From NCBI GenBank assembly GCA_001567545.1, contig LLZO01000084.1:1-49109 (forward strand): 49,109 nt of DNA, read 5' to 3'. The notes beneath the pieces are model-generated. The model had not been told where the DNA came from and searched no databases. It was given only the letters and a program-made list of their open reading frames with translations. Source of the stretch: Candidatus Tepidiaquacellales bacterium OLB5 (GTDB lineage Bacteria > Bacteroidota > Ignavibacteria > Tepidaquicellales > OLB5). The position numbers were made by a program, and so were the translations under genes. Positions 28,293 through 37,746 of the stretch are shown in pieces (positions within the stretch are counted from its first letter, which is position 1; every line of letters starts with the position of its first letter).

Positions 28293-29357
28293 ATGAAATT
28301 ATATCATAAAATTAAAATAGCTGCTAAATCAGCATTGATTTTTACATTGCTGTTTGGCAGTATAAACTTTGCAGGAGACCGTAGTAAATACGGTACTTCT
28401 GCAGCACCGGAACTATTGATTCCGGTTGGATCAAGAGGTACTTCTTTAAGCGGCTCTATGATCTCATCAATTTCCGGTGTAGACGCTATGTACTGGAATC
28501 CTGCGGGACTTTCGTTAATGAACAATAAAACCGAAGTTCTCGCATCACATATGAAATATATCGCTGATATCAACATTAACTATGTTGCAGGCGCTGTTGA
28601 TATGGGAAGTATAGGCGTAATAGGTGCAAGCTTAAAATCACTGAGTTTTGGTGATGAGCTTGTTACAACACTGGAAAGCCCTATGGGTACCGGTGAAACA
28701 TGGTCTCCAACCTATCTGACAACTTCGCTTTCTTATGCACGAAAAATGTCAGATAAAATTCTGTTTGGTGCAACTGTTAAAGTTATTTATGAACAGATCT
28801 TGACTGTATCTTCAACAGGATTTGCAGTTGATTTCGGTTTACAATACATAGCAGGTAAATCCGGATTAAAGTTCGGTGTTGCATTAAAGAACTTTGGTCC
28901 TTCAATGACATTTGACGGAAGCGGTTTAGACCAGTATTATGAACCATACGGCACACCGTCCGGTTCTACACCTGAACCCAGGAGAGTAACATTAAATGAC
29001 TTTTCACTTCCTACAACACTGGAACTGGGTATATCTTATGATGTACCTGTTGGAAAGAAAAATAATGTACAGCTTTCTACAACATTCCAGAATAATAATT
29101 TCTCAAGCGATGAATACAGGGTTGGACTTGAATATAATTACAACAACTATGTGTTCTTAAGAGGGGCATATGCATTTACTCCCGATTATAAAGCCGAAGA
29201 CGGTTTAACCAAAAAAGACCAGAATCTTTTTGGTCCTTCATTTGGTATCGGACTTGCTTATCCATTCGGAAATGTAAGGCTTGGACTTGATTATTCATAC
29301 AGAATGACAGAAAGATTCCAGCCTAATCAGTGGTTTTCGTTCACAATGGGCTTTTAA
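28293..29357 (+). CDS. PorV/PorQ-family-like outer-membrane beta-barrel protein
   Basis: 354-aa ORF with AAGGAG 6 nt upstream and a signal peptide. The N-terminal motif is GTSAAPELLIPVGSRGTSLSGSMISSISGVDAMYWNPAGLS. Alternating beta-strand-like segments run to a C-terminal ...WFSFTMGF. Confidence 0.65.
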   Translation: MKLYHKIKIAAKSALIFTLLFGSINFAGDRSKYGTSAAPELLIPVGSRGTSLSGSMISSISGVDAMYWNPAGLSLMNNKTEVLASHMKYIADININYVAGAVDMGSIGVIGASLKSLSFGDELVTTLESPMGTGETWSPTYLTTSLSYARKMSDKILFGATVKVIYEQILTVSSTGFAVDFGLQYIAGKSGLKFGVALKNFGPSMTFDGSGLDQYYEPYGTPSGSTPEPRRVTLNDFSLPTTLELGISYDVPVGKKNNVQLSTTFQNNNFSSDEYRVGLEYNYNNYVFLRGAYAFTPDYKAEDGLTKKDQNLFGPSFGIGLAYPFGNVRLGLDYSYRMTERFQPNQWFSFTMGF

Positions 29358-29380
29358 TTAATTAATATATTTTAACAAGT

Positions 29381-29415
29381 GAAAATGCCATTTACATTTC
29401 GTAAATGGCATTTTC
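29381..29415. terminator. Perfect 15-bp stem hairpin after the PorV-like gene
   Basis: GAAAATGCCATTTAC (29381-29395) and GTAAATGGCATTTTC (29401-29415) are exact reverse complements around a 5-nt loop. The U-tract is partly inside the stem. Confidence 0.7.
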
Positions 29416-29433
29416 TGTTAATTCTAACATGTC

Positions 29434-30801
29434 ATGTCATCAATTTATAAAATCATACTTATTTTAATAATAACCCTCAATTTAAATTTATTTGCCGATA
29501 ATAATTTATCGTTTGATTATGATTATGCTATTTTCAGAGATGAAGGCATAAAAGTTTACCTGGAACTATATTATGGGTTTTCTCCATCAGAAATGCTTTT
29601 CAAAAAAACAACAGGCGGTTATGAGGCTGCCGGTAAGCTTAAGCTTGATATTATCAATAAATTAACAGGTAATTCTGTTGTAATTAAGGAATTTCGTGTA
29701 CCTGTTACTTTGGCTGATACTTCAGGGAAAAATAAAGATTTCAGGCTTACCGGGCAGATTAATTTTCTGCTTGATTCTGGTACATACTTAATAAAAATGG
29801 ATGCCAGTGATTTCTTTGATTCTTCAAAGTATAATATTTCCGAAGAAGAAGTGGTTTTAAAACCCTTTCCTGTTAATTCTGTTAGTATGAGTACTATTGA
29901 GCTTGCAACAGATATTATTAAAAGTTCAGATGAAAATAATCTATTTTATAAAAATACTTTAGAAGTTACTCCAAATCCTTCAAACCTTTTTGGTAATAAT
30001 CTGTCAAAAGTGTACTACTATCTTGAATTATATAACCTTAGCAAACAGGAATTGGGGGATACATATTCAGTAATAACCACACTGGCTAATCAGGATGGAA
30101 CTGAGATCAGATCAAATCCTAAAAAATATGAAACAAAAACAGATTCCAAGGTTGAGTTTGGTTCTGTAGATATTACCGGACTTCCTTCAAACAGGTATTT
30201 ACTATTTGTAAAACTTCTGGATAACAGCCAGAACGAGCTTTTAAGAGCCTATAAATATTTTTATGTATTCAGCAGTGATACTATACAGGGTTCACAAAAC
30301 CTGACTGATCTTGAAAATGAATATTTGTTAAGTGAATATCCCAAAATGACAGAAAAACAAGTGGATAATGAATTTAATAAGGCAATTTATATTATGTCTG
30401 ATCAGCAAAAAGAAAAATATGAATCCTTGAAATCTCTAGACGAAAAAAGGATGTATATGTTCAAATACTGGAAAGGAATTTCAAAGTACATAACCAGGAA
30501 GGATTATTTTTCTAGAATCGATTTTGCTAACAAAAACTTTAAAAGCGATCTTAGGGAAGGTTGGAAAACTGATAGAGGAAGAGTAACAGCAATTTACGGG
30601 AAATATGATGAAATTGAAAGATTTCCATATGAAGGTTCTACAAGGGCATATGAAATATGGACATATAATAATTTGCAGGGTGGGGCTATATTTGTTTTTA
30701 TAGATAACAGTTCAGGTTTCGGAGATTATGTTTTGGTACATTCTACCGCTCAAAACGAGCCAAGAGATGATGATTGGCGGGATAAAATAAATATCAGATA
30801 A
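29434..30801 (+). CDS. GWxTD domain-containing protein
   Basis: 455-aa ORF with a signal peptide. The C-terminal region is REGWKTDRGRVTAIYGKYDEIERFPYEGSTRAYEIWTYNNLQGGAIFVFIDNSSGFGDYVLVHS (GWxTD signature). Confidence 0.8.
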   Translation: MSSIYKIILILIITLNLNLFADNNLSFDYDYAIFRDEGIKVYLELYYGFSPSEMLFKKTTGGYEAAGKLKLDIINKLTGNSVVIKEFRVPVTLADTSGKNKDFRLTGQINFLLDSGTYLIKMDASDFFDSSKYNISEEEVVLKPFPVNSVSMSTIELATDIIKSSDENNLFYKNTLEVTPNPSNLFGNNLSKVYYYLELYNLSKQELGDTYSVITTLANQDGTEIRSNPKKYETKTDSKVEFGSVDITGLPSNRYLLFVKLLDNSQNELLRAYKYFYVFSSDTIQGSQNLTDLENEYLLSEYPKMTEKQVDNEFNKAIYIMSDQQKEKYESLKSLDEKRMYMFKYWKGISKYITRKDYFSRIDFANKNFKSDLREGWKTDRGRVTAIYGKYDEIERFPYEGSTRAYEIWTYNNLQGGAIFVFIDNSSGFGDYVLVHSTAQNEPRDDDWRDKINIR

Positions 30802-30819
30802 ATCAAATAATCGCAGATT

Positions 30820-30842
30820 AAGCCGGTTTTGCCGGCTTTTTT
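30820..30842 (+). terminator. Rho-independent terminator
   Basis: AGCCGG (30821-30826) pairs with CCGGCT (30832-30837), followed by a T-run to 30842. Confidence 0.8.
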
Positions 30843-30915
30843 ATTGAGTAATTTTAGGATTTAAACAATTAAATTTATTGCAGATATTAGCAGATTGTAA
30901 AAATTAATATTAAAA

Positions 30916-31839
30916 TTGTTTAAATTCAGGTATCATATATTAATGGCTTCTTTTTTGCTCTCCGCAGTATTGTGGATAAGCCTGAATTTAAATCAAACCT
31001 ACGAAATTCAAAAAACGGTTCCCGTTAAAATTAATGTAAATAAACCTTTTGCTGTTTCAGGTAATATTCCCCTGCAGCTTGAAGTTAAATTCAGGGGTAT
31101 TGGATGGGATCTTATCAGGCTTTTCACTTCGTTTAATCTTGAATTTAATTACGATATCAATGCAAAAACAAAAGATCAGTTTGTGGTTTTAACGAAAGAT
31201 TATCTGGTTAATAATCTTTTTATGAGTAAAGATCTGCTGGTTATATCAGTTTATCCCGAAACACTTCAAGTTCGTATTGAAAGTTATGAGGAAAAATATG
31301 TGAAACTGCATCCTAAGATCACAATTAACTGCAAAGATGGTTACCAGGTTGTTGGAAGTCCTGAACTGTATCCGGACAGCATAAAAGTAGGCGGGGCTAT
31401 AGATATTTTGAGAGGAATGGAATATTTTAACACCAGCAGCATTGTATTTGATAATGTTAATGCCGGAATATTCAGAAAGATTTTTATTTCGGATTCCTTA
31501 TCAAACATACTGAATTTTTCACAACAGGAAATTGATCTGAAAGTTAATATCGAACCAACTGCAGAAAAGTATTTTAATAATATTGAGATCAAGGTCACTG
31601 AACTGCCTGCAGATAAAGAAGTTTTGCTTATACCGCAAACTGTAGATGTTCAGCTTAAAGGAGGCGTTAACCAGCTTGCAAAAATTGAACCATCAGGTAT
31701 TATACCTAAAATAGATTTCAGAAAAATTCTGGCTGATTCTACCGGCTCTTTAAAACCTGAATTTGAAATACCAGCCGGCAGTTCTGTTATATCGGTAAAG
31801 CCGGAAACTATACAATATGTAATTAAAAAGAAATATTAA
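30916..31839 (+). CDS. YbbR-like (CdaR-like) domain protein
   Basis: 307-aa ORF with a TTG start (an alternative ATG lies 9 codons in). It has a single N-terminal TM followed by repeated YbbR-like beta-rich modules (..VPVKINV.., ..VKLHPKITIN.., ..IEIKVTELP.., ..VDVQLKG..). Confidence 0.6.
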   Translation: MFKFRYHILMASFLLSAVLWISLNLNQTYEIQKTVPVKINVNKPFAVSGNIPLQLEVKFRGIGWDLIRLFTSFNLEFNYDINAKTKDQFVVLTKDYLVNNLFMSKDLLVISVYPETLQVRIESYEEKYVKLHPKITINCKDGYQVVGSPELYPDSIKVGGAIDILRGMEYFNTSSIVFDNVNAGIFRKIFISDSLSNILNFSQQEIDLKVNIEPTAEKYFNNIEIKVTELPADKEVLLIPQTVDVQLKGGVNQLAKIEPSGIIPKIDFRKILADSTGSLKPEFEIPAGSSVISVKPETIQYVIKKKY

Positions 31840-31859
31840 GATAATATATAAATTGTTAA

Positions 31860-32630
31860 TTGGTTAATTCATTAAAAACAGAATTAAAGTCTTTATGGAT
31901 ATCTGTAAAAACTCTTGAATTTAAAGAGAGTTTTATATTTATTTCGGTTGCTGTCATTACTTTTGTTTCCATGCATTATGCATCGCCTAATTTTTTCCGA
32001 AGGGTATTCGATACAAGTGATGACAAATTCTATTCCTTCCTTTACTGGTGTTCTGCAGATGGTTTTCTAATGTTCGTTATACCTATGTTGCTCATTCCTT
32101 TAGTTTTAAAAGGTAAACCGGCTGATTATGGTTTCAGGATCGGTGATTACAAATTCGGTTTAAAATCATCTATTTTGTTCGTTGTTGTAATGCTTCCCTT
32201 TCTTTGGATTGCCTCAGGAGATCAGAGTTTTGCCAGAACATATCCACAGGGGGGGCCTTTTGTCAGGGAAAATATTTCTGTTTTGCTGTATTATGAATTA
32301 TTTGTCGGATTTTATATGCTTGCCTGGGAATTTTTCTGGAGAGGTTATATGCTGTTTGGTTTAAAACAACGCTTCGGTTATTATGCAATTTTTATTCAAA
32401 TGATCCCATTTTTCATTTTACACAGAGGCAAACCTGATATTGAAACATTTGCATCCATTTTTGCAGGTCTGATTCTGGGAATACAGGCTTGGAGAGCTAA
32501 TTCTTTTATTTATTGTTTCCTTGTACATTGGGCTGTTATGATTTTTGTTGACGTGATTTCTGTATTACGCTATAAATCACAGTCATATGGTATTGGACTG
32601 GATTCTTTTTTAAAATTATTTAATATATAA
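31860..32630 (+). CDS. CPBP family intramembrane glutamic endopeptidase (CAAX protease-like)
   Basis: 256-aa polytopic ORF. Motif 1-like is AWEFFWRGYMLF and the His motif is CFLVHWAVM. Confidence 0.7.
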   Translation: MVNSLKTELKSLWISVKTLEFKESFIFISVAVITFVSMHYASPNFFRRVFDTSDDKFYSFLYWCSADGFLMFVIPMLLIPLVLKGKPADYGFRIGDYKFGLKSSILFVVVMLPFLWIASGDQSFARTYPQGGPFVRENISVLLYYELFVGFYMLAWEFFWRGYMLFGLKQRFGYYAIFIQMIPFFILHRGKPDIETFASIFAGLILGIQAWRANSFIYCFLVHWAVMIFVDVISVLRYKSQSYGIGLDSFLKLFNI

Positions 32631-32647
32631 ATATATTTATAAATATT

Positions 32648-33370
32648 ATGAGACTTTGTATAAATATTGATCATATAGCAACATTAAGACAGGCTAGACT
32701 TGAAAGCGAACCTGATCCGGTATTAGCAGCAGGTATCTGCGAATTAGCCGGAGCAGATGGTATTGTTTGCCATTTGCGGGAAGACAGAAGACATATATTA
32801 GACCGCGATGTTCATATTCTGAAACAAACTGTTAAGACCAAACTTGATCTTGAAATGGCAGCAACAGATGAAATGGTAAAAATTGCCTGTGATGTTATGC
32901 CATATATGGCAACTTTGGTGCCGGAAAAAAGACAGGAACTGACCACAGAAGGCGGGCTTGATCTTGCTGCAGCTGAACTTAAAGTATCTGCTGCTATTGA
33001 AAAATTGAAAGATGCCGGTATAAAAACAAGCGTTTTTATTGAACCTGATCCTGAAAGTGTTGATCTAGCAATTGAAATGGGCGCTGATATGATTGAAATA
33101 CATACAGGAAAATTTGCCCGGTTAAAAGACCCGCTTGAGATTATCAATGAGCTTGAAAAGATAAGGCAAACTTCAAAAATTGCCAAAGAACTTGGCATGG
33201 GTGTAAATGCAGGGCATGGTTTAAATTATCTTAATATTACTGCAATTGCCAATATTTCAGAAATAGATGAAGTAAGTATAGGACACTCAATAATAGCCCG
33301 CGCAGTTTTTACAGGAATCGAAAATGCTGTAAAAGATATGCTGAATATTATTAGAAGGATAAGACAATAA
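32648..33370 (+). CDS. pdxJ: Pyridoxine 5'-phosphate synthase
   Basis: 240-aa ORF. MRLCINIDHIATLRQAR, HLREDRRHI, NAGHGLNY. Confidence 0.95.
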   Translation: MRLCINIDHIATLRQARLESEPDPVLAAGICELAGADGIVCHLREDRRHILDRDVHILKQTVKTKLDLEMAATDEMVKIACDVMPYMATLVPEKRQELTTEGGLDLAAAELKVSAAIEKLKDAGIKTSVFIEPDPESVDLAIEMGADMIEIHTGKFARLKDPLEIINELEKIRQTSKIAKELGMGVNAGHGLNYLNITAIANISEIDEVSIGHSIIARAVFTGIENAVKDMLNIIRRIRQ

Positions 33371-33406
33371 TGATTTATTCTGACAGACTGATCGAAAAAC
33401 TGAAAA

Positions 33407-34114
33407 ATGCTGAAAAAAGTTTCAGTCTTAACAGGGGCAGGTGTTTCTGCTGAAAGCGGTGTTCCGACATTCAGAGACCCGGGAGGCATTTGGGAAAAAT
33501 TCAGACCTGAGCAGCTTGCGAATTTTGAAGCATTCATGAAAGACCCGGATTTTGTCTGGAGCTGGTACCAGCACAGAAGGGAAATTATGAGGGAAGTAAA
33601 ACCAAACAACGGGCATTTTGCTCTGGCTGAAATGGAAAAAATTTTCCCCAGCTTCAGCCTTATTACGCAGAATATTGATAACCTGCATTACCGTGCGGGA
33701 AGCAGAAATATAACAGAATTACACGGGAATATTGAGCGTAATTACTGTATTAAGTGCAGAACATTTTTCCATGAAATAGACATTCAGGAAAAAAAAGTGC
33801 TTAAGTGCACAAATTGCGGCGGCTTGATAAGACCTGATGTTGTCTGGTTCGGTGAAATGCTGCCGGTTAAAGAATTAAAATATGCTGAAAATGCAGCCGC
33901 TGACAGTGATGTTTTTTTTACTATAGGAACATCCGCAGAAGTATACCCTGCAGCTTTGCTGCCGATAATAGCTAAACGTGCAGGTGCATATTCCGTTGAA
34001 ATTAATATTAATCCAACTGTTATTTCATTCGATCTGGATGAAACTTTAACAGGCAAAAGTGCTGAAATACTTCCTGAACTTGTTCAAAAAATCAAAGAGA
34101 TCCGGAATAATTAA
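33407..34114 (+). CDS. cobB: NAD-dependent protein deacylase (Sir2/CobB family); the true N-terminus is possibly at 33370 across a 1-nt indel
   Basis: 235-aa [26 protein letters not shown], and a Zn ribbon CIKC...CTNCGG. A 16-codon Sir2-like N-terminal helix ([16 protein letters not shown]) sits in another frame starting at 33370. Confidence 0.9.
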   Translation: MLKKVSVLTGAGVSAESGVPTFRDPGGIWEKFRPEQLANFEAFMKDPDFVWSWYQHRREIMREVKPNNGHFALAEMEKIFPSFSLITQNIDNLHYRAGSRNITELHGNIERNYCIKCRTFFHEIDIQEKKVLKCTNCGGLIRPDVVWFGEMLPVKELKYAENAAADSDVFFTIGTSAEVYPAALLPIIAKRAGAYSVEININPTVISFDLDETLTGKSAEILPELVQKIKEIRNN

Positions 34115-34860
34115 TGCCATCAATTTTAAAATCAGTTAACCTTGTAAAACAGTACAGCAAAAGAACTGTTGTTGACGGAGTTTCTGTATCTGTTAAACAG
34201 GGAGAAATTGTTGGGTTGCTGGGCCCGAATGGAGCTGGTAAAACCACTACATTCTATATGATAACAGGTATGATTAAGCCGAACTCAGGTGAAATATATC
34301 TTGATGCCGAAGATCTTTCAATGGAACCAATGTATAAAAGAGCCAGGCTGGGTGTTGGTTACCTGCCTCAGGAAGCATCAATTTTCAGAAAAATGACTGT
34401 TTATCAGAATATATATTCTGTTCTGGAATTTATGAATCTGGAAAAATCCGAAAGAGAGGATAAAGCGAACACTTTAATGAAAGAGTTTGGAATATCCCAT
34501 ATAGCTAACAGCAAAGGATATGTTTTATCCGGCGGCGAAAGAAGGAGAACAGAAATAGCCAGGGCAATTGCTTCGGATCCGAAGTTTATCCTGCTTGATG
34601 AACCGTTCGCCGGCATTGACCCGATCGCGGTTGAAGAAATCATGAAAATTGTAGCAAAGCTGAAGGATAAAGGAATCGGCGTTCTGATAACTGACCATAA
34701 TGTTCATGAAACATTATCAATTGTTGACAGGGGCTATATTTTAATTGAAGGAAAAATTTTCAGGCAGGGAGCATCAGAATCCCTTGCCGGTGATGAGATG
34801 GTAAGAAAATTATATTTAGGAGAAACATTCAGACTTGACAGGTACAAAAACGATCGTTAA
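34114..34860 (+). CDS. lptB: LPS export ABC transporter ATP-binding protein
   Basis: 248-aa [44 protein letters not shown]. There is a 1-nt overlap with the cobB stop. Confidence 0.9.
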   Translation: MPSILKSVNLVKQYSKRTVVDGVSVSVKQGEIVGLLGPNGAGKTTTFYMITGMIKPNSGEIYLDAEDLSMEPMYKRARLGVGYLPQEASIFRKMTVYQNIYSVLEFMNLEKSEREDKANTLMKEFGISHIANSKGYVLSGGERRRTEIARAIASDPKFILLDEPFAGIDPIAVEEIMKIVAKLKDKGIGVLITDHNVHETLSIVDRGYILIEGKIFRQGASESLAGDEMVRKLYLGETFRLDRYKNDR

Positions 34861-35551
34861 AAACAAGGTGATACTGGCAATTTCTGCTCACCCGGATGAT
34901 ATTGAGTTTGCTGCAGGCGGCACTTTGTTCAATTTAAACCAAATGGGCTGCCAAATATATTTAATTGTGGCAACAAACGGTGAAAACGGCTTTAAAATTG
35001 ATCATAAACCCCGTTCTTACAGAATAAAAACAAGACACAAAGAACAGCTTAAAGCTGCTGAAATTCTTGGTATTAAAAAAGTCTTTTTTCTAAATTACAG
35101 AGATTGTTCCCTTAAAAATGATGACATTTTGAGAAAAAAGATTGGTTTATTAATTAAAAAAATTAAACCAGAAATAATTTTTGCTTTTGACCCTTCAAAC
35201 AGGACTTTTGAAAGTGTAAATCTGCTGCACCGGGATCACCGTGTTATAGCCGAAGCTTCATTTGATGCCGTGTTTGCTGCCAGAAACAGGTATCTGCTGC
35301 CCGGAGAACCGCATTCTGTGAAACAATTTTGGTTCTTTGGATGTGATAGACCTAATCATTATGAAAATATCACAAAATATATAAATAAAAAAATTGATCT
35401 CATAAAGGCACACAGATCGCAGTTTAATGAGCATGAATCTATGGAAAAATGGGTAAAAGAACATCTGTCATCTTATACAAATAGATATAAATACAGCGAA
35501 AAATTCAGGATCGTTAATATTACACAACCATTTGTAAAGGAAATCAACTGA
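34835..35551 (+). CDS. PIG-L/LmbE family deacetylase
   Basis: 238-aa ORF (TTG at 34835; an alternative GTG lies at 34868). [17 protein letters not shown] and the HRDH motif. Confidence 0.8.
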   Translation: MTGTKTIVKNKVILAISAHPDDIEFAAGGTLFNLNQMGCQIYLIVATNGENGFKIDHKPRSYRIKTRHKEQLKAAEILGIKKVFFLNYRDCSLKNDDILRKKIGLLIKKIKPEIIFAFDPSNRTFESVNLLHRDHRVIAEASFDAVFAARNRYLLPGEPHSVKQFWFFGCDRPNHYENITKYINKKIDLIKAHRSQFNEHESMEKWVKEHLSSYTNRYKYSEKFRIVNITQPFVKEIN

Positions 35552-35925
35552 TGTACAGTGTAAGCGAAGAAATCTTCAGCAGTATGATGGAAGAAGAACT
35601 TCACAGGATACCTGAACCGTTTAAACAAAAGATCGATAACCTTGTTTTTATGGCTGAAGATTATCCCGGGGAAAATGATCTTGGAAGAGTTGGACTAAAA
35701 GATAAATATTCGCTTCTAGGAATATATTCAGGAGTCCCTTATACATATAGGAATACATATTATATGAACACTACTCCTGACAGAATTATTCTATTTCAGA
35801 AAAATATAGAAAGATATTGTAAAAATGAAACAGAGCTGCGGGAGAAAATACGCGAAGTGCTTATACATGAAATTGGTCATTATTTCGGAATGAATGAAGA
35901 GGAGATAAGAAAAGCCGGTTATTGA
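35551..35925 (+). CDS. Small zincin-like metallopeptidase family protein (DUF1025/Zincin_1-like)
   Basis: 124-aa ORF with a HEIGHYFG zinc-binding motif near the C-terminus. There is a 1-nt overlap with the upstream stop. Confidence 0.7.
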   Translation: MYSVSEEIFSSMMEEELHRIPEPFKQKIDNLVFMAEDYPGENDLGRVGLKDKYSLLGIYSGVPYTYRNTYYMNTTPDRIILFQKNIERYCKNETELREKIREVLIHEIGHYFGMNEEEIRKAGY

Positions 35926-37746
35926 TCAGATCTCTATCTGTGAACCAACCTCAAAAACCCTGTCAGTAGGAATATCAAAAAATTCAGTTGCACGCTGCGA
36001 ATTACGGGAAAGTAATGCAAACAATTTTTTCCTGAATCTATGAAAACCTACCTTATCTTTCACAATTAACAATTCTCTTCCAAGGAAAAATGTTGTTTTT
36101 TCTATCTTTATTGTAAATCCTTTTTTATTAAGAATTTCAATAATTTGCTTTATATTTGCGTTATCCATAAAACCATATGATGCAACTATCCTGTAAAAAC
36201 CATCTGCCGGATTTTCAATTTCTATAGTTTCTTCTGTATTAACTCTGGGGACTTTTTGGTATATAATGCTTAACACAATAATTTGTTTGTGTAATATCCG
36301 GTTGTGTTTAAGATTTTTGATTAATGCAGGCGGAGTTCCTTTAGGGTTGCTTGACATATATATTGCCGTACCGGGAGTAGTTACAACCCTTGTACTCATC
36401 ACTTCATCTATAAACCTCTCTATAGGTTGTGTTTGTTCTTCAATTTTTTTGTATAGATTTTTCCTGCCCCAATTCCAAGTTGTCATAATAAAGTAAATTG
36501 CAATACCCAAAACCAATGGTACCCAGCCCCCGTGCAGAATTTTCAGTGAATTTGCCGCGAAAAAGGAAAGATCAAATGAAATAAATACTGCTGTTAATAT
36601 TATTGCAGTGATTAATGGCCATCTCCATTTTCTCATTGCAAAGAATGCCAGAAATGAAGTAATTACCATTGTTGCTGTTACAGCTATTCCATATGCAGCA
36701 GCCAGATTGCTTGAATTTTTGAACTGTAAAACCAGGATTACCGTAGCAATAAAAAGAAGCCAGTTTAATTGTGGGATGTATATTTGCCCGCGTTCATCCT
36801 GTGAAGTATGAATGATTCGTAAACGCGGAAGATAGCCTAATTGCAATGCCTGCTGTGTTAAAGAAAATGCTCCTGAAATAACTGCCTGAGAGGCAATTAC
36901 AGTTGCCAGTGTAGCAAGAATTACAAGCGGATATAAAGCCCATTCTGGTGCGAGATGATAAAAAGGATTTTCTATCGTATCAGGTTCCCTTAAAAGCAAT
37001 GCCCCTTGTCCGAAATAATTTAATAGTAAACATGGCAATACAATAGTATACCAAACCAGTCTGATTGGTTTTGCTCCAAAATGTCCCATGTCGGCATATA
37101 AAGCTTCTCCGCCAGTTACAACCAAAAATACTGAGCCTAATATAACAAATCCGTGAAAGCCATTATTATAAAAAAACTGTATAGCATAAATAGGGTTAAT
37201 AGCTTCAAGAATATGTGTATTTTGAAAAGTAGATATTGCCCCTAAAACCCCTAAACTTATAAACCATAACAGGGTTATTGGTCCAAAAACAACTCCAACC
37301 TTCCCGGTGCCGTTTTTCTGTAGAAAAAATAAAATAAATAATATTGTTATAGTTAAAGGTATTATCAAATGTTCAAAAAAAGGAGAGGCAATTGTTAAAC
37401 CTTCCATTGCGCTAAGCACGGAAATAGCAGGTGTGATTATACCGTCACCATATAATAATGAAGCGCCGAATAATCCAACAGTAATGATCAGGAAAAAAAT
37501 AAATTTTTTGTTATTTGAAGGTTTTACCAGTTCCATTAATGCTAAAATTCCGCCTTCACCATCATTATCTGCCCGCATAATAACTAGTAAATACCAAACC
37601 GAAATCAGCAAAATTAAAGACCAAAAAATTAGTGATAATACACCTAGAATGTTTGATTCAGTTGGTAATACACCGTGGTTAGGATTAAAACATTCCCTTA
37701 ATGCATATAATGGACTTGTGCCTATATCCCCATATACTACCCCCAA
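35926..37746 (-). CDS. kup: KUP/HAK/KT potassium uptake transporter
   Basis: 606-aa ORF. GVVYGDIGTSPLYALRECF, ADNDGEGGILAL, GGEALYADMGHFG. The annotated start is TTG. The frame stays open 31 codons further upstream (to 37839) and encodes Kup-like sequence. Confidence 0.9.
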   Translation of the reverse strand: MGVVYGDIGTSPLYALRECFNPNHGVLPTESNILGVLSLIFWSLILLISVWYLLVIMRADNDGEGGILALMELVKPSNNKKFIFFLIITVGLFGASLLYGDGIITPAISVLSAMEGLTIASPFFEHLIIPLTITILFILFFLQKNGTGKVGVVFGPITLLWFISLGVLGAISTFQNTHILEAINPIYAIQFFYNNGFHGFVILGSVFLVVTGGEALYADMGHFGAKPIRLVWYTIVLPCLLLNYFGQGALLLREPDTIENPFYHLAPEWALYPLVILATLATVIASQAVISGAFSLTQQALQLGYLPRLRIIHTSQDERGQIYIPQLNWLLFIATVILVLQFKNSSNLAAAYGIAVTATMVITSFLAFFAMRKWRWPLITAIILTAVFISFDLSFFAANSLKILHGGWVPLVLGIAIYFIMTTWNWGRKNLYKKIEEQTQPIERFIDEVMSTRVVTTPGTAIYMSSNPKGTPPALIKNLKHNRILHKQIIVLSIIYQKVPRVNTEETIEIENPADGFYRIVASYGFMDNANIKQIIEILNKKGFTIKIEKTTFFLGRELLIVKDKVGFHRFRKKLFALLSRNSQRATEFFDIPTDRVFEVGSQIEI

